A DNA stretch of 60,837 bases, from positions 3,943,506-4,004,342 of the forward strand of contig BFEA01000001.1 of NCBI GenBank assembly GCA_003427395.1, given 5' to 3'. Source of the DNA: Chara braunii. Lineage: Eukaryota > Plantae > Charophyceae. Below, one piece after another: positions 9,301-22,982 of the stretch. Under the pieces are notes generated by a model. It ran no database searches. It had not been told where the DNA came from and saw nothing but the letters and a program-made list of their open reading frames with translations. Each line of letters begins with the position of its first letter. Positions within the stretch are counted from its first letter, which is position 1. Both the position numbers and the translations under genes were made by a program.

Positions 9301-12300
9301 TATGATAAAAAATATTTTGGTAATCCACCCTGAGTATGGGAGATCCCACCAAAGATCTTACTTTCCTTGGACACTTGCGTAGAGAGATACTTCGATTTAG
9401 CTATGAGAAAATTTGAGCGAGGCATGATATGAAAATTATTCTCCATATACTTATAAGATTAGTTTGGGAATTGACTTGTCATGTGTTACAGGTCCTCATT
9501 GAACACTTCGATTCAAGATTGGACTAGTTTGAACTTGATCCCACGAGGATCACCTTCTATTATCATTGATAACAGATCGGTTCCCGATTCGTCGGCTTAT
9601 AATTCAACTCCAATTCACTCTCGCTACTCAACCTAAAGGTTTTAGCCCCCGTTGTTTGAATTGTTTCGTTGGGTTTTCACCCGGACTTTATTGAATGACT
9701 ATTTAACAAAGATACTGAATATTTTATTATGGAAGGTTGGACAAAGGTTGAGGCTTTTGTGACTAAAGCGAGGGGTATGAGCGTCCAGAGTGGTTGAAGT
9801 TAACCCCGTGTAGTGCGTGAATTTGATTGAATCTTTGATGTGATTGTTGGTATGTTTTGTTGTTCCGACTCTGGATTTGACTGCCTGCGATTTCATATAT
9901 ATGGTTGAAGGAAGTCACACTATGATTGTGAGAAGTGATCGTCCCATATTTAGTAACCCTTATATATAAATATCTCGTGCGGCCTATTATGACCGTGTGT
10001 AAGGGATAAACCTATTATGCTTTGAGAGAGAAGGAAGACCCTTTTTGTCTTATGTTTTTTTTTTTTTTTTATTTACCATAGTTGAACGTTAATGTTCGTG
10101 ATAGTCATCAAAGTTAAACCCGTTGATTTCTCTATAGGCCCCGAATGATGGAAACGCCACGAGAGTTGGCTGCCACGACATGCCGGAACCTGTCTACCAC
10201 CCACTCTCCGCAGGGTGCAGAAGAGGGTGTGGTTCTCAACCACCTTGGCGGTTGTCTAGCGTTGAGAGATTTAACCCCTCAAGGCGCGTGTCAGCCGATA
10301 CTTGAGCGTCGAACGCGACACTCGAGATAATCGAGGGCCACGTGATTATAAGTACTACATAGTACTCCATCGTTACGACTGCTTGCGTAGGTAGGCATAC
10401 ATGGCTAGTCGATATGAGAAGGCCCTACGTTCACGCAGTTTTATTATAAGTCTCCCACGTAACGCCGAACCGATTTTGGTGTCAAAAAGTTATGGGTTGA
10501 ATACTAAAAGGATTAGGAGTGTTTTGTTTTATATGAGTAATCTGACTTATGGTTTTGGTGTGGTGTAACGAGTGGTGAGAACGATGCGTCCTAGTCGACC
10601 GACGACGAGTCGCGCTTGGGACTTTAGCCCCCCAATGAGTTGGTTCGCGAACGGGTCCGATAGAGGAGTGAGACCGTGCGTATCCCCTATGCTACAACGT
10701 ACGAGAAATGCCCTTGTCTGGGCCACCTTTGCAATTGCAATTGATTAACTTTCACACGTGGTTCGGTAACTCGACGGGGATACGCCCGCCTAAGGGATGG
10801 TGACAACTCCCGCAGGTATTGGTAAGTTGTACCTCGTGTGGCCCCGTCCTGCCGTAGGGGTTCACGAGTGGTATGGTTGATGCACTCGGTCGGAGCGGCG
10901 ACGAAAGCTTCATTTGCACCGCGATAACATGATTAAGTCCTGCTACAAATCCTGGTGACGCGGCAGGGAGGGTCCCCCTGCGAGACCGATGCGCACGACA
11001 TGTGGCGTCGTTGTCGGGGATCTCGGTTACCTACTCGGATCCTTAAGAGATCGAACCTAGGTTAGAGGCAGACTGATGATCCAGTAGAAAACGACAATTT
11101 TTGTTTATTGATCAGATTGATGTATTAAAGGTAGAGCGGTTAATTGTTGATGGTATTTGATAAAGTATGAGTGAGGGTTGATTATGTGAGTTAGCTTCAT
11201 TGATGCAATACGGGTGGTTCGAGAGTGAGAGGCGTTTTCGCTATGCGCTTACATATGATGACAGTGGGAGTTCGTATCCTTTCCAACCTTGATAATTGAC
11301 GGGTTTGGAGTGCTTTACATGTCTGATACGACTAAGGTACGATGAGGCGGCGTCCATATGGTTAAGCATGTTCATTGTGGAAGGCATTCTTATAGGTACC
11401 TATCATGTCGACGTTAAGTTATTGGAGGTCTTGATAATATCATAAAATGTTTGACGTTGAGATATAATTGATGGTGGGTGAGAGATAGTCCTTTCCTAGC
11501 CGAGATTCAAAGTTATATTGCCTCTCCCTAGGTATTATGTTGAAGTAATTGGGACTTCGGGGAGAAGTGAGCTGAGGAGGCTAAAAAATTTACAATAATG
11601 GAAAGGGATCCTTAAGTCTGGGTTCTAAATGACTGACTAATTTATTTTAGCCAAGGTTGAGGTCCGCCTTGCGCTAGCTGACGTGTTGGAGTTACGCGTA
11701 TAAAGTGGTAGGTGGGTGCAGTGAACACTGTGCTATAACCTCAATAGACATATAGTCGATGAGGTAGTGAAGGGACTAACACTTGGACCACCCTAACTGT
11801 TTTTGATAGGGCGATGAGATGTAGGTGATGTTATACCTTCGCTTGAACCTTTTCGGGTTTGGACCATCCACTTGAATCTATGAAGTTTGAGCTAAGGACT
11901 TGAGACTATTTTTCTAAGGGAATTTCTCTTGACTTATTTGTTGAACTCATCCATTTATGTCATTATATTGAAGTAAGCCTATTTGGTGTTTATCTATGTG
12001 AGACTATGTACTTGATGTTATTTTATCTAATGATTATCTTCTCCAGGAATAGTCACATGGGTCACTCATCTGAAGTACATATTTGAACTTATTAGTCTGC
12101 AATGGTTTATATGAGTTTCTCAAGTTTAATTATCCACTTATGACTGTCCATTAAGTTTATGCATTTGGATTGCTCTTTAAAAAGGGGTAAAGACATTGCA
12201 CTGAATCCACGTCTGATACAGATTTATGAGTGAATGGAGTGACCGACTCCTTGGGATAAAAATCTCTTCTCATGGAATGGTCGATGTGTGAAATCCTACC

Positions 12301-12876
12301 CCAAGGAATGTTGCAATCCTATGATATTATTCCTTTGAAAGATGACTTTGAGTAAATTATAATTTTGTCTTGTAAGTCATAGTGAGACTCACGCCGAAAC
12401 TATGTTCCTGGTCCATAGTGAAGTGTTGTTGTCTAATCCCTTATGATAAAATGATTGCACTACTACTAAATATGAGGAAAGTGTTTGAGCATTGTCAGAC
12501 CATGGTCTATGAGGGAAACAAACTACTACATGCCACAGAGAGGTAGGAGGTGAATCCCCAACTTATTTTTGTGTCAAGTGGGTTCACCAGCACAAGACAG
12601 GACAACGCACCCCGAAGCGTGTATGGTGAGGTTGTTTACCTTATCGGCATGGGTCTGCGAGGAACATGTGCCGGAATCGGAGGGAGAAGCAGTGAGGCTT
12701 GATCCTTGAGCGGGGCTTAGGGATTTGAGATGTTATCCATTTTAAAAAGGATTACACTGCCCCTCTACACAATATACTTCTGTCAAAGCTGGGGAATAAG
12801 GTGTATTACTCTCATTATTATTATGTCTAAGAGTGCTTATTGTTGGCAACCTCCATCCTGATCTTTTTTTGCTTAT

Positions 12877-12968
12877 GAGGTATTCGTATATGCGTCTGGT
12901 TAATCGTTAGCTTGCGAATAACGAGGTATTCGTATATGCGCCTGGTTAATCGTTAGCTTGCGAATAAT
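12877..12968. repeat. 46-bp tandem duplication (2 copies)
   Basis: gaggtattcgtatatgcgYctggttaatcgttagcttgcgaataa at 12877 and 12923. Confidence 0.95.
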
Positions 12969-14299
12969 GTTTATTCATTCATCCCTTTTGATTATTATTG
13001 ACGCTAATTACTAAGGTAATATATAATTTTCCATGAGTAATTATTATTGTGAATTTTGATATCTAAGAATGTACTACTACCGTGATATATTACCGTTATT
13101 ATTATTTTTTTTAAGTTGGGTGGTCGTAAACACTGAAAATGATGAATTTTAGTAAAAGATAACTTGAAGTTAAAGGCTTCAAGAGTAAGGGTTGTAAAAG
13201 GAGGCATTCAACATAGTAACGAAAGACGTATGATGAATGTTTGTCTGTGATGGCTAGAACCCAAACAGAGCGAAGGAAACTCAGAATACCTTATGCTAAG
13301 AAAACTCCCAATAGGCCTTGCCAATAAAAAAAGAAAGTGGACTCAAGATATCTTGGTCAAGGTGACTCAAGGAAGGAGAATACATATCTTCCTGGTGGGG
13401 TATATTGATAGACACGAGTATCTTCATTTGAATCGAGTATGGATTTGATGATGATCATGACTGTGCAATCGTGAGAATAACCCTTTGAACCTCACCATTG
13501 TTCTGGGTCTTGCATGAGATTGAGTTGACGCTTGAGCATGAAAGCTTGCTCACGAGACCCTTAAGGATAGTTGAGGGAGATGCGGCAAAATGGGCAAGAG
13601 GAAGTGTCCATGAAGAAGAAGAGCAGGTGGTGACTCATACAGAGGTCAAGGGTGTCGAAGATTTTGTGTTTCCTCCAGCCCCGTTACGAGTCGTTCTGCC
13701 CGAATTCCTCATAGATAAGTGTTTCGGGGGACAAACGAGGATAAAAGCCACAACAGAAGCTGCTTTGAGGGCGTGGCAATGGGGGTATAGGCGTTACACG
13801 TGTGGAATGATATATGGCATGTACCTGAACCAAAGGTTTTTGCCCCCTAGTCAAGGACCCAGGAACATGGTCAACGTTGTTGACGCATATGCTAGTTCCC
13901 ATAATCCAGATGAAAGGGCTGAAGATTGTGACGAGGTTCGGGCCGTAGCATGCCGATAGCGGGTGCCCCCATAGTTTACTAAGTGTGTCTGTCATAGACT
14001 CGTCTATAACTGCCTTCCTATATAGTGTGAGTGCGATGATCAATGACAGTTGTTGCGACTTTTATTGTCTGCCTATAGTTGGTTTAAAAAAGTTCTGCCT
14101 ACACATGTTGTATATTGCTCGTGGTACCCTTAAAGGTGGAGCAAGGGTAACTAAAGTTAAAAACCTTGTTGTGTGAATAAGAGAAGATAGTTAGTGTGAC
14201 TTGAGTGTTAGTAAAAGTATGTTGCCGCTATCTGTTTTTAGTTTTCTTGGGCTACAACCTGATGACTCATTGCTTGTTATACGTGTCAGGCCGCAACGA

Positions 14300-14690
14300 A
14301 GTCATGGCTGGAGAGAGTGGCTTCGCTAAAATCCTGCTCTGGAGGAGCTCGTGCCTCACTAAGGTGTTGCTGCACGATTCAGTATACGACTTGTTGACCC
14401 TAGACCTTCGAGCCCTGCTGTTTCAAGAAAGAAATATATATAACTTTTTGCGTGACTATCATGACTTCAATCTTGCAAAAATGTGGGACGAGAGAGTCAC
14501 GTTGAGTATGCTGCCATTATTCGTTTGTGAGAACCTGAGTGAGGAAGTAAATATTTTCGTGTCGAAGTCATGGACGTGGAATGAACTCGAGAGCTTCCTA
14601 AGGGAAAGGTTTGTGGAAGAGGACGATGTCATTCAACATCGCGAAATCTGCCGAACTTCGCTAGTTGTCGGAGATGCATCAGCATAAGGA
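14300..14690 (+). pseudogene. Possible degenerate retrotransposon Gag-like fragment
   Basis: ORF 14205..14687 contains NIYNFLRDYHDF...MWDERVTLSMLPLFV...SWTWNELESFLRERFVEE, resembling the FLxxY...W.E.....RERF helical capsid-like segment of retrotransposon Gag. No pol domains nearby. Confidence 0.4.
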
Positions 14691-17600
14691 GGTTTAACTT
14701 GTGAAAAAAAAAAGAAGCAAAGATATTAAAAAAGAGAATGGTGCGATTCGAGGAAAACGAAAGAGGCAAGCGGAAGGCTCTAAGAGAAATATTGGATGAG
14801 GCGGCAGGCAAAGATGAGGAGAAAACAGATAGTGCTGAGTGAGATCCCCCCCCCACCTCAAAAAAATTCAGAGAGAGTGGCCTGAAGCTCGAGGGGAAAA
14901 AAAAGATGGGGAGATGGTCGACCAGAGAAAAAAGTGCGAACGCTCTAAGCTAACCAAAGCCCAGCGGAAGGTGAGGGGTCGAACTCAGGTGGATTCAGAT
15001 GGTGAATGTAGATTTGAGGGATAAAAAACAGACTAGAGGAAAGTCACTTGCAGGCATTGTGCTAAAAAAGGACACATAATGAAGTTTTGTCAGGAACGAA
15101 GGGTTGATGAAGCGAGTGGCCTAACAAGTACTAATATTGAAGGGGATGTCTTCGACAGGGTCGAAAGTTATATTGACCCGACCATACCTGGGGGATCCCC
15201 GAAAGAGGCTTTGCGGCGAGTTGCAGTGTCGAGCGTTGCCTCTTAATTGTGATTGAGGAGGGAAATAATTTGTATGAGGACAATATAAAGATTTGGATAG
15301 GTCATGTGCATGAGCAAGAAAACCCAATCATATAGCTGTCATGAATAGTGCAGAGGAAAAAAACAATTCGCAGTAATGGTCCGGTAAGGTAACATGGGTT
15401 ACAAACCGGGGATATGGGTGGTTTTGAGATGAATCCTAACAAAATGGTTATGTGTGTGGGGTATGTTAGGACTACCTCATCTCGTGTTATTCGAGTACCA
15501 GGAGCAGCCAGATCAACGAGTGGTCTTAAGGATATTTTCCAAGTGATGAGGATTTGTTTCGCTAATGCATTTGAGTGAATAAATAAACCTCTTCAAGTCG
15601 TAAGTGTATATAGACCTATCATTGAGAAAAGAAGAGATAAGACCTACTTCCCTTTTTGATCGAGAGGGTTGTACATATATAAGTGATACGAGAGGGTTAG
15701 GGAGTGATTTCGGTGTGTGCGAGTTAAACTCTCTCGCCTAGAAGTGTAGTATGTAAGATTGTGTGCGAAAGGTTGAAATAAGGCTGAGACTTGAGTTTAT
15801 GAGATTAGCAAAATTTGATTTTGTGGCACGTGTAGACTGCGAGCTATAAGAATCCCTCATCGAGATAAGTGGTATGATAACATTTTGTTCGGGACCGTAG
15901 CTGACGGTGATCCGTGAGGTCACGACCTTCTTATTGATATAAGTTGAGATTGTTCAACTTAAGTATATATACGTAACCCGAGACTGCGCTTGGTCCTTTT
16001 TGGGTGGGATACCCCATCTCAAGTGTATATTGAGTTTGAGATTCATGAGACTATCCCTTGTATATGAAGATCACGATCGCCCTCACATGTGTGGATTTAT
16101 CCTGATGAATGATGACTTTGTGTGAGAAATGTACAAGATGCATCTCATCTGTTTTGTGAATGTGAAATGCGTAAACTGTCTACTCTCCGGTATACTGGAG
16201 CGGCCTGCCTACGGACAAATGATGGGGCCGAGTATAAGGAGGGAGAGTCAATTCGTTGGTGAAAAAGGTGTGAAAATCCTAAGGGATGCATGGGTCTTTC
16301 TGAGGTTCAAATGCTTAACCGTGCCTAATATCGCTTATTGAGTTGTGACGAAGACCCACAAGATGGTCTCCGAGTGCTAAGGGGTTCTGTGGGGGATACC
16401 CCTTCCAGTGAGAAGGTGGTTATTTGTTCATTTGAACTCATCTTCAAGTGAAAGATGTTTTAAAAGATCATATGGAGGTTCATCCTTGAGTGGGAGGATG
16501 ACTGAATGATCTAATGGTTGAGACACCTTCAAGTGGAAGGTGGCTAAAAAATTTAATGGCATGAAAAGCAGTTTGAATGATAAAGTCTGACGAGAAGGAC
16601 CAAGAAACTGGTTCATTGGACTATTATTGAAAATTTGGAATGTCGCAAAAATAGTTCATTTGGAAAATGTTTGTAAGATGTGTGGTCTACTTGCTCCGAT
16701 CCAGTTGGGAGGCCACAACCTCGTGAGTCTAACGGTGATTTGTTTTGTGATTTTTGAAAAGGATGACGTGCTCTCTATGTTGTCCCATAGGGAACTGGTA
16801 AAAACATTTTTGAGTGTGACAGACCTCTGCGTAGTCCCGCAGTGGGCTTGAGTTTGTTGCAACATACCGCCCAACCACTTATTGTTAATCTTAAGGCATG
16901 CACGAGGATGCTCGGCTAAAGACCTGTTCTTAGCATCGCTAGGGCGCAACCCCTAGTATTGACTGCTGACCGGCGTAACCTGGCAGCGGGTCTACGTCTT
17001 ACCAAAAGGGAAAGGCTTAAGAGTTGTGGCCGCCTCAGATAATTTTACTCCCGCGGGATCTCGGAGGGATAAAAGTCGAGGCTATTGAGTCTTTTGGGAG
17101 TCCCGATTGAATGTTTATAAGGAGAAAGTCTATCGTTGCATAACCAGAGAGGGCACTGCCGCTAAAATAACAACACAGTGTGTTGTAGATCTGGCTCGAT
17201 CAACCACACTATAATGGACCAAGGCCTGACCTTCCTGTACTATACTGCAGGAAAAGTTTGAGATAAAGGTTTATATATATATATATATGTTTTTGGTTGT
17301 GAGAATTTTGGGAGCGAGGCAAGAGTGCCTTCAGAAGGTCTCGGTTAGGGCCTGAGTCCCTAGTTATAACCTTGCTTGCAAGGCGGAGACTAAATGAAAC
17401 ATCCAACGAGAAATTGACGTTGTCTACGATAAAAAGGGCGAGGACTATCAGGAGAGCCGCTTGAACTTATGTTGTATTACGTATGCCTAGTATCCCTGCG
17501 ACTTGATGATGTTAGGACAATGGATACCCATGTTAGAATCCTGGTAGCATATAGTTGTGCTTGACATTGATTGATGTAGTCCTCAAATTGGAGTATGTCG

Positions 17601-18674
17601 GCTAATCGGATCGGTTCCTTTCTCGTCGGCATTTTTGAGTTACGGATGAGCTGATAACTTTTGGATTTTTCGGCGCGACGGGGTTGTCGCTTAATATGGT
17701 CCGGTAAGCTGTACAAGGGTATTCGCCCTGTTTTTTGCAAACGATAGAAAATAAGTTTAGTTTAAGGTATGAGTACCCCGGAAGTCGTGGCGGTGGTTCG
17801 ACTACGTTGACTGAGTGGTTGACTAGAAATAGAATCGTATGGGTGCACAAACTTAAGGCGCGCGCGATTTTTTTTTTTTATTGATGATTGCAAGACCAAT
17901 GTGTTTGCCGACCAATTTTTTTATTTTAGAGTAAACTAGGATTAAAATATTTTATCTGCTGATTGGTACGTTTGACCGTTACATGTGCACTCGTGCGGAG
18001 GACAACATCGACAACAATGTAGATTAAGTAATGGTCAGCGTATGCAAGAGAATAGACGCGCGGTAGGTGTGAGGCTTGGCGGCCGTGGATTCGGTTGGTA
18101 GGCCGAAGTGTGGCTTCGACACGTCTTAGTTACANNNNNNNNNNNNNNNNNNNNNNNNNNNNNNNNNNNNNNNNNNNNNNNNNNNNNNNNNNNNNNNNNN
18201 NNNNNNNNNNNNNNNNNNNNNNNNNNNNNNNNNNNNNNNNNNNNNNNNNNNNNNNNNNNNNNNNNNNNNNNNNNNNNNNNNNNNNNNNNCAGAGTATGCA
18301 AGAGAATAGACGCGCGGTAGGTGTGAGGCTTGGCGGCCATGGATTCGGTTGGTAGGCCGAAGTGTGGCTTCGACACGTCTTAGTAGCGCGCCGCGTGGTA
18401 CCCGCTTACATAGATGTCCGCTAATGCTAAGTTCAGCCTTGGGCCTAGCGCTATTGGTTACGGTGTTGGACTTTCGTGAGGGAGATTTAGCGATCGAGAC
18501 CAGCGAACGGCTGTGTAGGGGCATTGGAGCATCGCGAAAGAACCGAGGAGTTGAGGGTCGGCGAGGCTATCCCTCATGATTTTGCTGACTGTAGGGTAGC
18601 TCGACGCGACCGAGGTAGTGTTAGCAGTCCCTTTTTCTTCCCCTTGCCGTGCGGTTTTGCCTTTCATTTTTGTG

Positions 18675-18722
<48 letters not shown>

Positions 18723-18809
18723 TTTAATTTTTATTATTATTACTATTATTATTATTATTTACAAGCGGTGCGGACTTGCTCGTGTTCGGGGTGTTAGGGA
18801 AGTTCCCCT

Positions 18810-19189
18810 ATCCTGTCGGCGCTGAAACATGGACCGAAGAGGTCAATGTGTGAGAGAGTGGTGGGGTCCCTGATCGCAGCTTCCCTTGTTTTCCATCTGG
18901 AGAGCGCCGCTAGCCTAGAGTGAAAGGGAATTAGAGACTATTTTGAGGGGGCCTGTGGCGGGTGTACAGTCCGCCCCCGCCGTCTACTAGGAGAGGTCTG
19001 TGTGTGAGCATGCTCGTTGGGACCTGAAAGATGGTGGTCCGTGCCTCGGCGTAGGGGGACGAGCGCACTAGGGTGGGGCCGCAAACTGTAGCGGCCGCTC
19101 TCGGAGAACCGTCTCCACGTAGGTCCTCAAAGTTCTCATTCGGATAACTGCTATTGCCACCGAAATCTGCACGGGATCCGTTTCACCTA
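18810..19189. pseudogene. Degenerate LSU rRNA mosaic in copy B: sense LR3/D3 fragment (18810-19060) followed by antisense LR7 fragment (19100-19189)
   Basis: gctgaaacatggaccgaagaggtcaatgtgtgagagagt; gagcatgctcgttgggacctgaaagatggtg; tcctcaaagttctcattcggataactgctattgccaccgaaatctgcac. Confidence 0.82.
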
Positions 19190-19325
19190 CAGTCTTCCCC
19201 CGAACAAAACGCACCTATGTACTATTCAACTTTCCCTGGAAAACTCGATTTTTCGAAGTAGCTCCCGAAAATCCGAATAGTATGCACGTTCAAATAGTAT
19301 GCATGCGTGTACTATTCGAATAGTA

Positions 19326-19373
<48 letters not shown>

Positions 19374-20096
19374 CCCCCCCCTCCTGCCCGGGACTCTTCC
19401 CATCTCTGGCCGCAATCGCCGCAGAAAACGGGATTACCGCGCGCTCCAAGAAACGACTGGCCGAAGACACAACTCCAAGTACTGCGGCCAGAGAACGGGA
19501 TCACCACGCCCTCCAAGAAACGACAGGCCGAACTACTCCTCTCTCTCTCTCTCTCTGTGACCTCCCTATCACCGTCTGACGTGGTGGTCTTCTTGTCTAT
19601 GTACAGTCGGGCCTCGCTCCACCCCTCTACACATGCAGGATGTATACTTCCATCTTCTAGGGGAAGATTCATTCTGGAGACCTTTTTTTTTTTTTTTTTT
19701 GTAATCAGGACCATTTCTCGATTAATGTGTGTACCTCCAACTATGACTGATGCCCCAAGGACAGGCCCGTGGCTGCAAGGGCATATAGCGGATTTTTTAT
19801 GAGAGCCGCTTTTTTCTGAAGTTGGTGCCCAAAACCCGTAGCATAACGCACNTTTTTTTTTTTTTTTGTAATGAGGACCATTTCTCGATTTATGTGTATA
19901 GCTCCAACTGTGACTGATGCCCCAAGGACAGGCCCGTGGCTGCAAGGGCATATAGCGGATTTTTTCTTAGAGCCCGTTTTCAGAAGTTGGTGCCCAAAAC
20001 CCGTAGCGTAACGCACGTGAGTTTTATACGGATACAAGGCACCTGGTGCGTTGTATTCATATACAACGCACGTGCGTTTTGTTCGGGGGAAGACTG
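19190..20096. mobile_element. Non-autonomous Tc1/mariner-type MITE with perfect 25-bp TIRs, TA TSD
   Basis: CAGTCTTCCCCCGAACAAAACGCAC at 19190 and its exact reverse complement ending at 20096; TA at 19188-19189 and 20097-20098. Empty site in copy A (3721 tttcaccTAggcccac). Internal ~165-bp duplication around the single N at 19852. Confidence 0.95.
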
Positions 20097-20156
20097 TAGG
20101 CCCACATTTTAGGCTTACAGTAGGCCGCATCCTCGACTCCACGACTGGCTATGAGC

Positions 20157-20283
20157 ATGTGAGCTTGGTTATTGGGGATCCAAAAGGTGGAGCGGACCAG
20201 AGGAAACTCTGGTGGAGGCTGCAACCGTGCCGAGGTGCGAGTCACTAGTCGGATGTGCACATAGGGGCGAAAATCTATTCGAG
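20157..20283 (+). pseudogene. Degenerate LSU rRNA fragment (copy B)
   Basis: 24-nt exact LSU motif CCAGAGGAAACTCTGGTGGAGGCT at 20197-20220, followed by ataggggcgaaa. Confidence 0.88.
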
Positions 20284-21932
20284 TTGGTGAGAGAAGACTG
20301 AAGCTGCTAAATAGCTCATACGGTCGAGGAACCGGCTGCTGGCGGGCGCTGAGCCAACCCGGAGGAAGTCGATAGGGACGAAGTTGGTAATGGGGATCTG
20401 AGGAAAGTTGAGAAAGGGAATGAATGAAAACGAAGAGGTGTCGGGTTCATGCAGACGAGGGTGGAGGTGGCGCAGGAGAGCAGGAAGGAAGAAGAAGCGA
20501 CAGAAAAAGGATGATTAACTTGCCCGGACAGAGTAAAATTTCAAATCAAGGTTGGATGGCGAACGCGAATCTGCAGCTAGTTTCAGGAGATAATAAGTAG
20601 AAGGTGAGGTGAAAGAAAAAGAGGGTGCAAGGGGTGTCGGGAGAAGGGATATGGCCGACGAGGAAAACGAAGTCTCGCTCGATTCTTGACGAAATCGAGC
20701 GAGGGAGGTTGCGTATCAGAGGTTCTTATACAGTGTGAGGCGAATGATGAGCTCGGATCCTTGGGTTATGAAGTGTAGGGGCTGCGTATGGGGGAAGCAA
20801 CTTCGAAAATTACGAATGAATCTTTCCGTGTTTTAACGGGAAGTTCATTCTCATTCTCCGCATTTGATAGGCGGACGAGCGGCCGCGTTGTTGGTGCCTA
20901 TGGACCTTATTTCGATCGTGGCCCTAGTCATTTCGGCCCCGACGATCGTGTTTGTCATGAAGATGACTGATGCAACCCGGTGGTCGTCGTGGGGGAGCAG
21001 TCCGTTTTCGCGGTGATTATCTGCTCCGCCAAGAAGTGGTGGCCACCACAGCCCGACCGTTCGTTCTCATCTGGAAACCACCGCCATCGCCATTTGTCAT
21101 GAAGTTCACTGAAGTAATCATATTCGTAGTTATGATCTACGTTGTAGTGCTCTGTCTTCATCCCGTTGGTTGTCTCGATCCGGTTTGCTCGGGTCATGCT
21201 CACCACCTCCACCTTGCTCGTAGTTGTCTTTCTTTTAACCTGCTTTCCGTCTCGATCAGCACCTATCTACCCATGTTCTAGAGGAAGATCCATCCTTGAA
21301 CTACGGGAGTAGCCAGCCCGACCTCAGATTGTACTTCCATTAGTTGTTGTGTGTCGGGGTTTCGACTTACCTTCTGTCCATCTTTTGTTCGTTCCCAGTT
21401 CGGTCGTCCCCTCAGACTACGTTCCACTTGAAGAGCTTCACCTCGGATTCAAGGAGAGCCCGATATAGCAAATAGCCAGGGGCGGCTTCGCACAAGGAGA
21501 AGCGATGAACATGTAGGAAAGCGGAAAGGAGGGAGGCCAGGAGCAACCGCTTGGAGAGCTGCGGTTTGATCTGGTAGGTCGTGCGACCAGATGTTGACAG
21601 GTAAGGAGAGAGGAGTGCACAGGTGTGGAACGAGGGGACAACAAGAGGGATATGTGAAGGAGTGAGAGTATGGGCGCTGCACCTGCTCAAGTTTCACCGG
21701 AAGATTTAGTCTTATTGTGCACATTTCTGCGAAGGAAGGAACGATGCGCTTTGCTGCTCGTTATTTACGCTGTGATTACGGTCCGGGTGCTCGAAGTTGG
21801 AGTTGCCCTCTTCCCTCTGTGCGGTCAGGCTCGTTGCTATCATTTTTGCCGTGGTAACTTCCTTCCCCGTAAAGGCACGCATATGTGAGTAAGTGTAAGA
21901 CTTGGCGAGAAGAGAGAGAACAAAGAGTCAAG

Positions 21933-21978
21933 GCTACCTCTGCACTGGTCATGGTAGTATATGCTTGTCTAATCTAAG
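21933..21978 (+). pseudogene. Probable remnant of the SSU (18S) rRNA 5-prime end (paralog at ~6643-6690)
   Basis: gctacct-N14-gtagtatatgcttgtctaatctaag vs 18S start gcTACCT-GGTTGATCCTGCCA(14 nt)-GTAGTCATATGCTTGTCTCAAAGATTAAG (NS1 motif); spacing is preserved. Confidence 0.55.
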
Positions 21979-22982
21979 TGCAACTTATCTCTGAACTCAA
22001 ATAGTCAGCTCTAGTGGTTGGATTCGATCGTAAGCGAGATCCAGTATTCTAAGACTAAAAAAAAAGGGCGAAAGTTCAGGAGATCCTATTTTTCTTTTAC
22101 CAGTTGAGTCTAGAGGGTGAGGCGTGAGACCAACCATCAGAGTGCAGACGTACCTGTTGGCCAATATGCTGCTCATTCTGCCGATTGCCGTAGCGTGAAC
22201 CCAGCCGCAGGTTGGACACTTGTTGGGGCTTGGGGACGGCTGCACAACCGATATTTGTGTACCCGCTGCATGGCCAGCTAGACCGCGTTGTTGCTTCATT
22301 ACGGAGAGAGACAAAACCGTGTTTTTGATCCACAGCCCATGTCTTGAGCTGTGACATGTGCATTTTGGGCCATGAAGTTGCGAGGTGATTGAGCTCGTTG
22401 AAGGGGAGGGTATAGCTGTGAACTAGAAGAACGTCAGCGAGTCAATGGTAGGCAGTTGAACTCTAGTTTGACCAAGCCGCTGAGCGTTTTGGCCGCCGTT
22501 GTGGGGCCCTAAGGCGACTGAAGATTTGAAGACCCTCTCGCGCGAGTCTGTGTGCATCATTCTTGTATCCGAGAGACTAAACCTTTCTCTTTCTTCCCTT
22601 CTTACTCTTCATCTAGTCTTTGCAGGCGGGATTGCAACCCGTAATCCGTGCCAAGGTCTCTGTGGGAGGTTCCCCCACCGATTGTGGAAGCTTTATTGGA
22701 ACCTAGGCGAGGTTCTGGAGGCAGGGATTTGTCAACTAAACCTTCTTCTGTTTGTATGAACCCACTACAACCCTGCTTGATTATCTTCTTTTGAGTTTGT
22801 CTGATGTGTATGCATATGTTCCCCTATAAATTTGTTTCTTTTCAGAATTCAATCAAATTGAGGGGAAGGAACGTATGCGTAAATCTTCAGTTTTCTTTTA
22901 TATTTGACTGAACGCAGACTAAGGGATGACAAGAGGAAGGTGGGAGGAAGGCAGTTTTGCGTGCGATTGACCGCGTCTTTAA

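Larger units (their letters stand above)
2920..11010 (+). repeat. Long direct repeat, copy A (~8 kb including a 947-bp MITE)
   Basis: Colinear by eye with 17720-26240, e.g. 2931 ctggtttttgcaagcgacaaaaaataagtttggtttaagg vs 17728 ctgttttttgcaaacgatagaaaataagtttagtttaagg, and 10966 gggagggtccccctgcgagaccgatgcgcacgac vs 26199 gggagggtccccctgcgggaccgatgtgcgcgac. Roughly 80 percent identity by eye. Confidence 0.93.

Noticed and set aside
16950-17700. Short matches to the LSU 3-prime region (ttgtggccgcc, gttagaatcct, cgcgacgggg)
   Set aside because: Only 10-11 nt each with inconsistent spacing; cannot be distinguished from chance by eye.
18035-18385. ~95-bp direct repeat on both sides of the gap 18135-18289
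   Set aside because: Near-identical sequence flanking an N run is typical of unmerged contig overlap. The same caution applies at 33620-33840.
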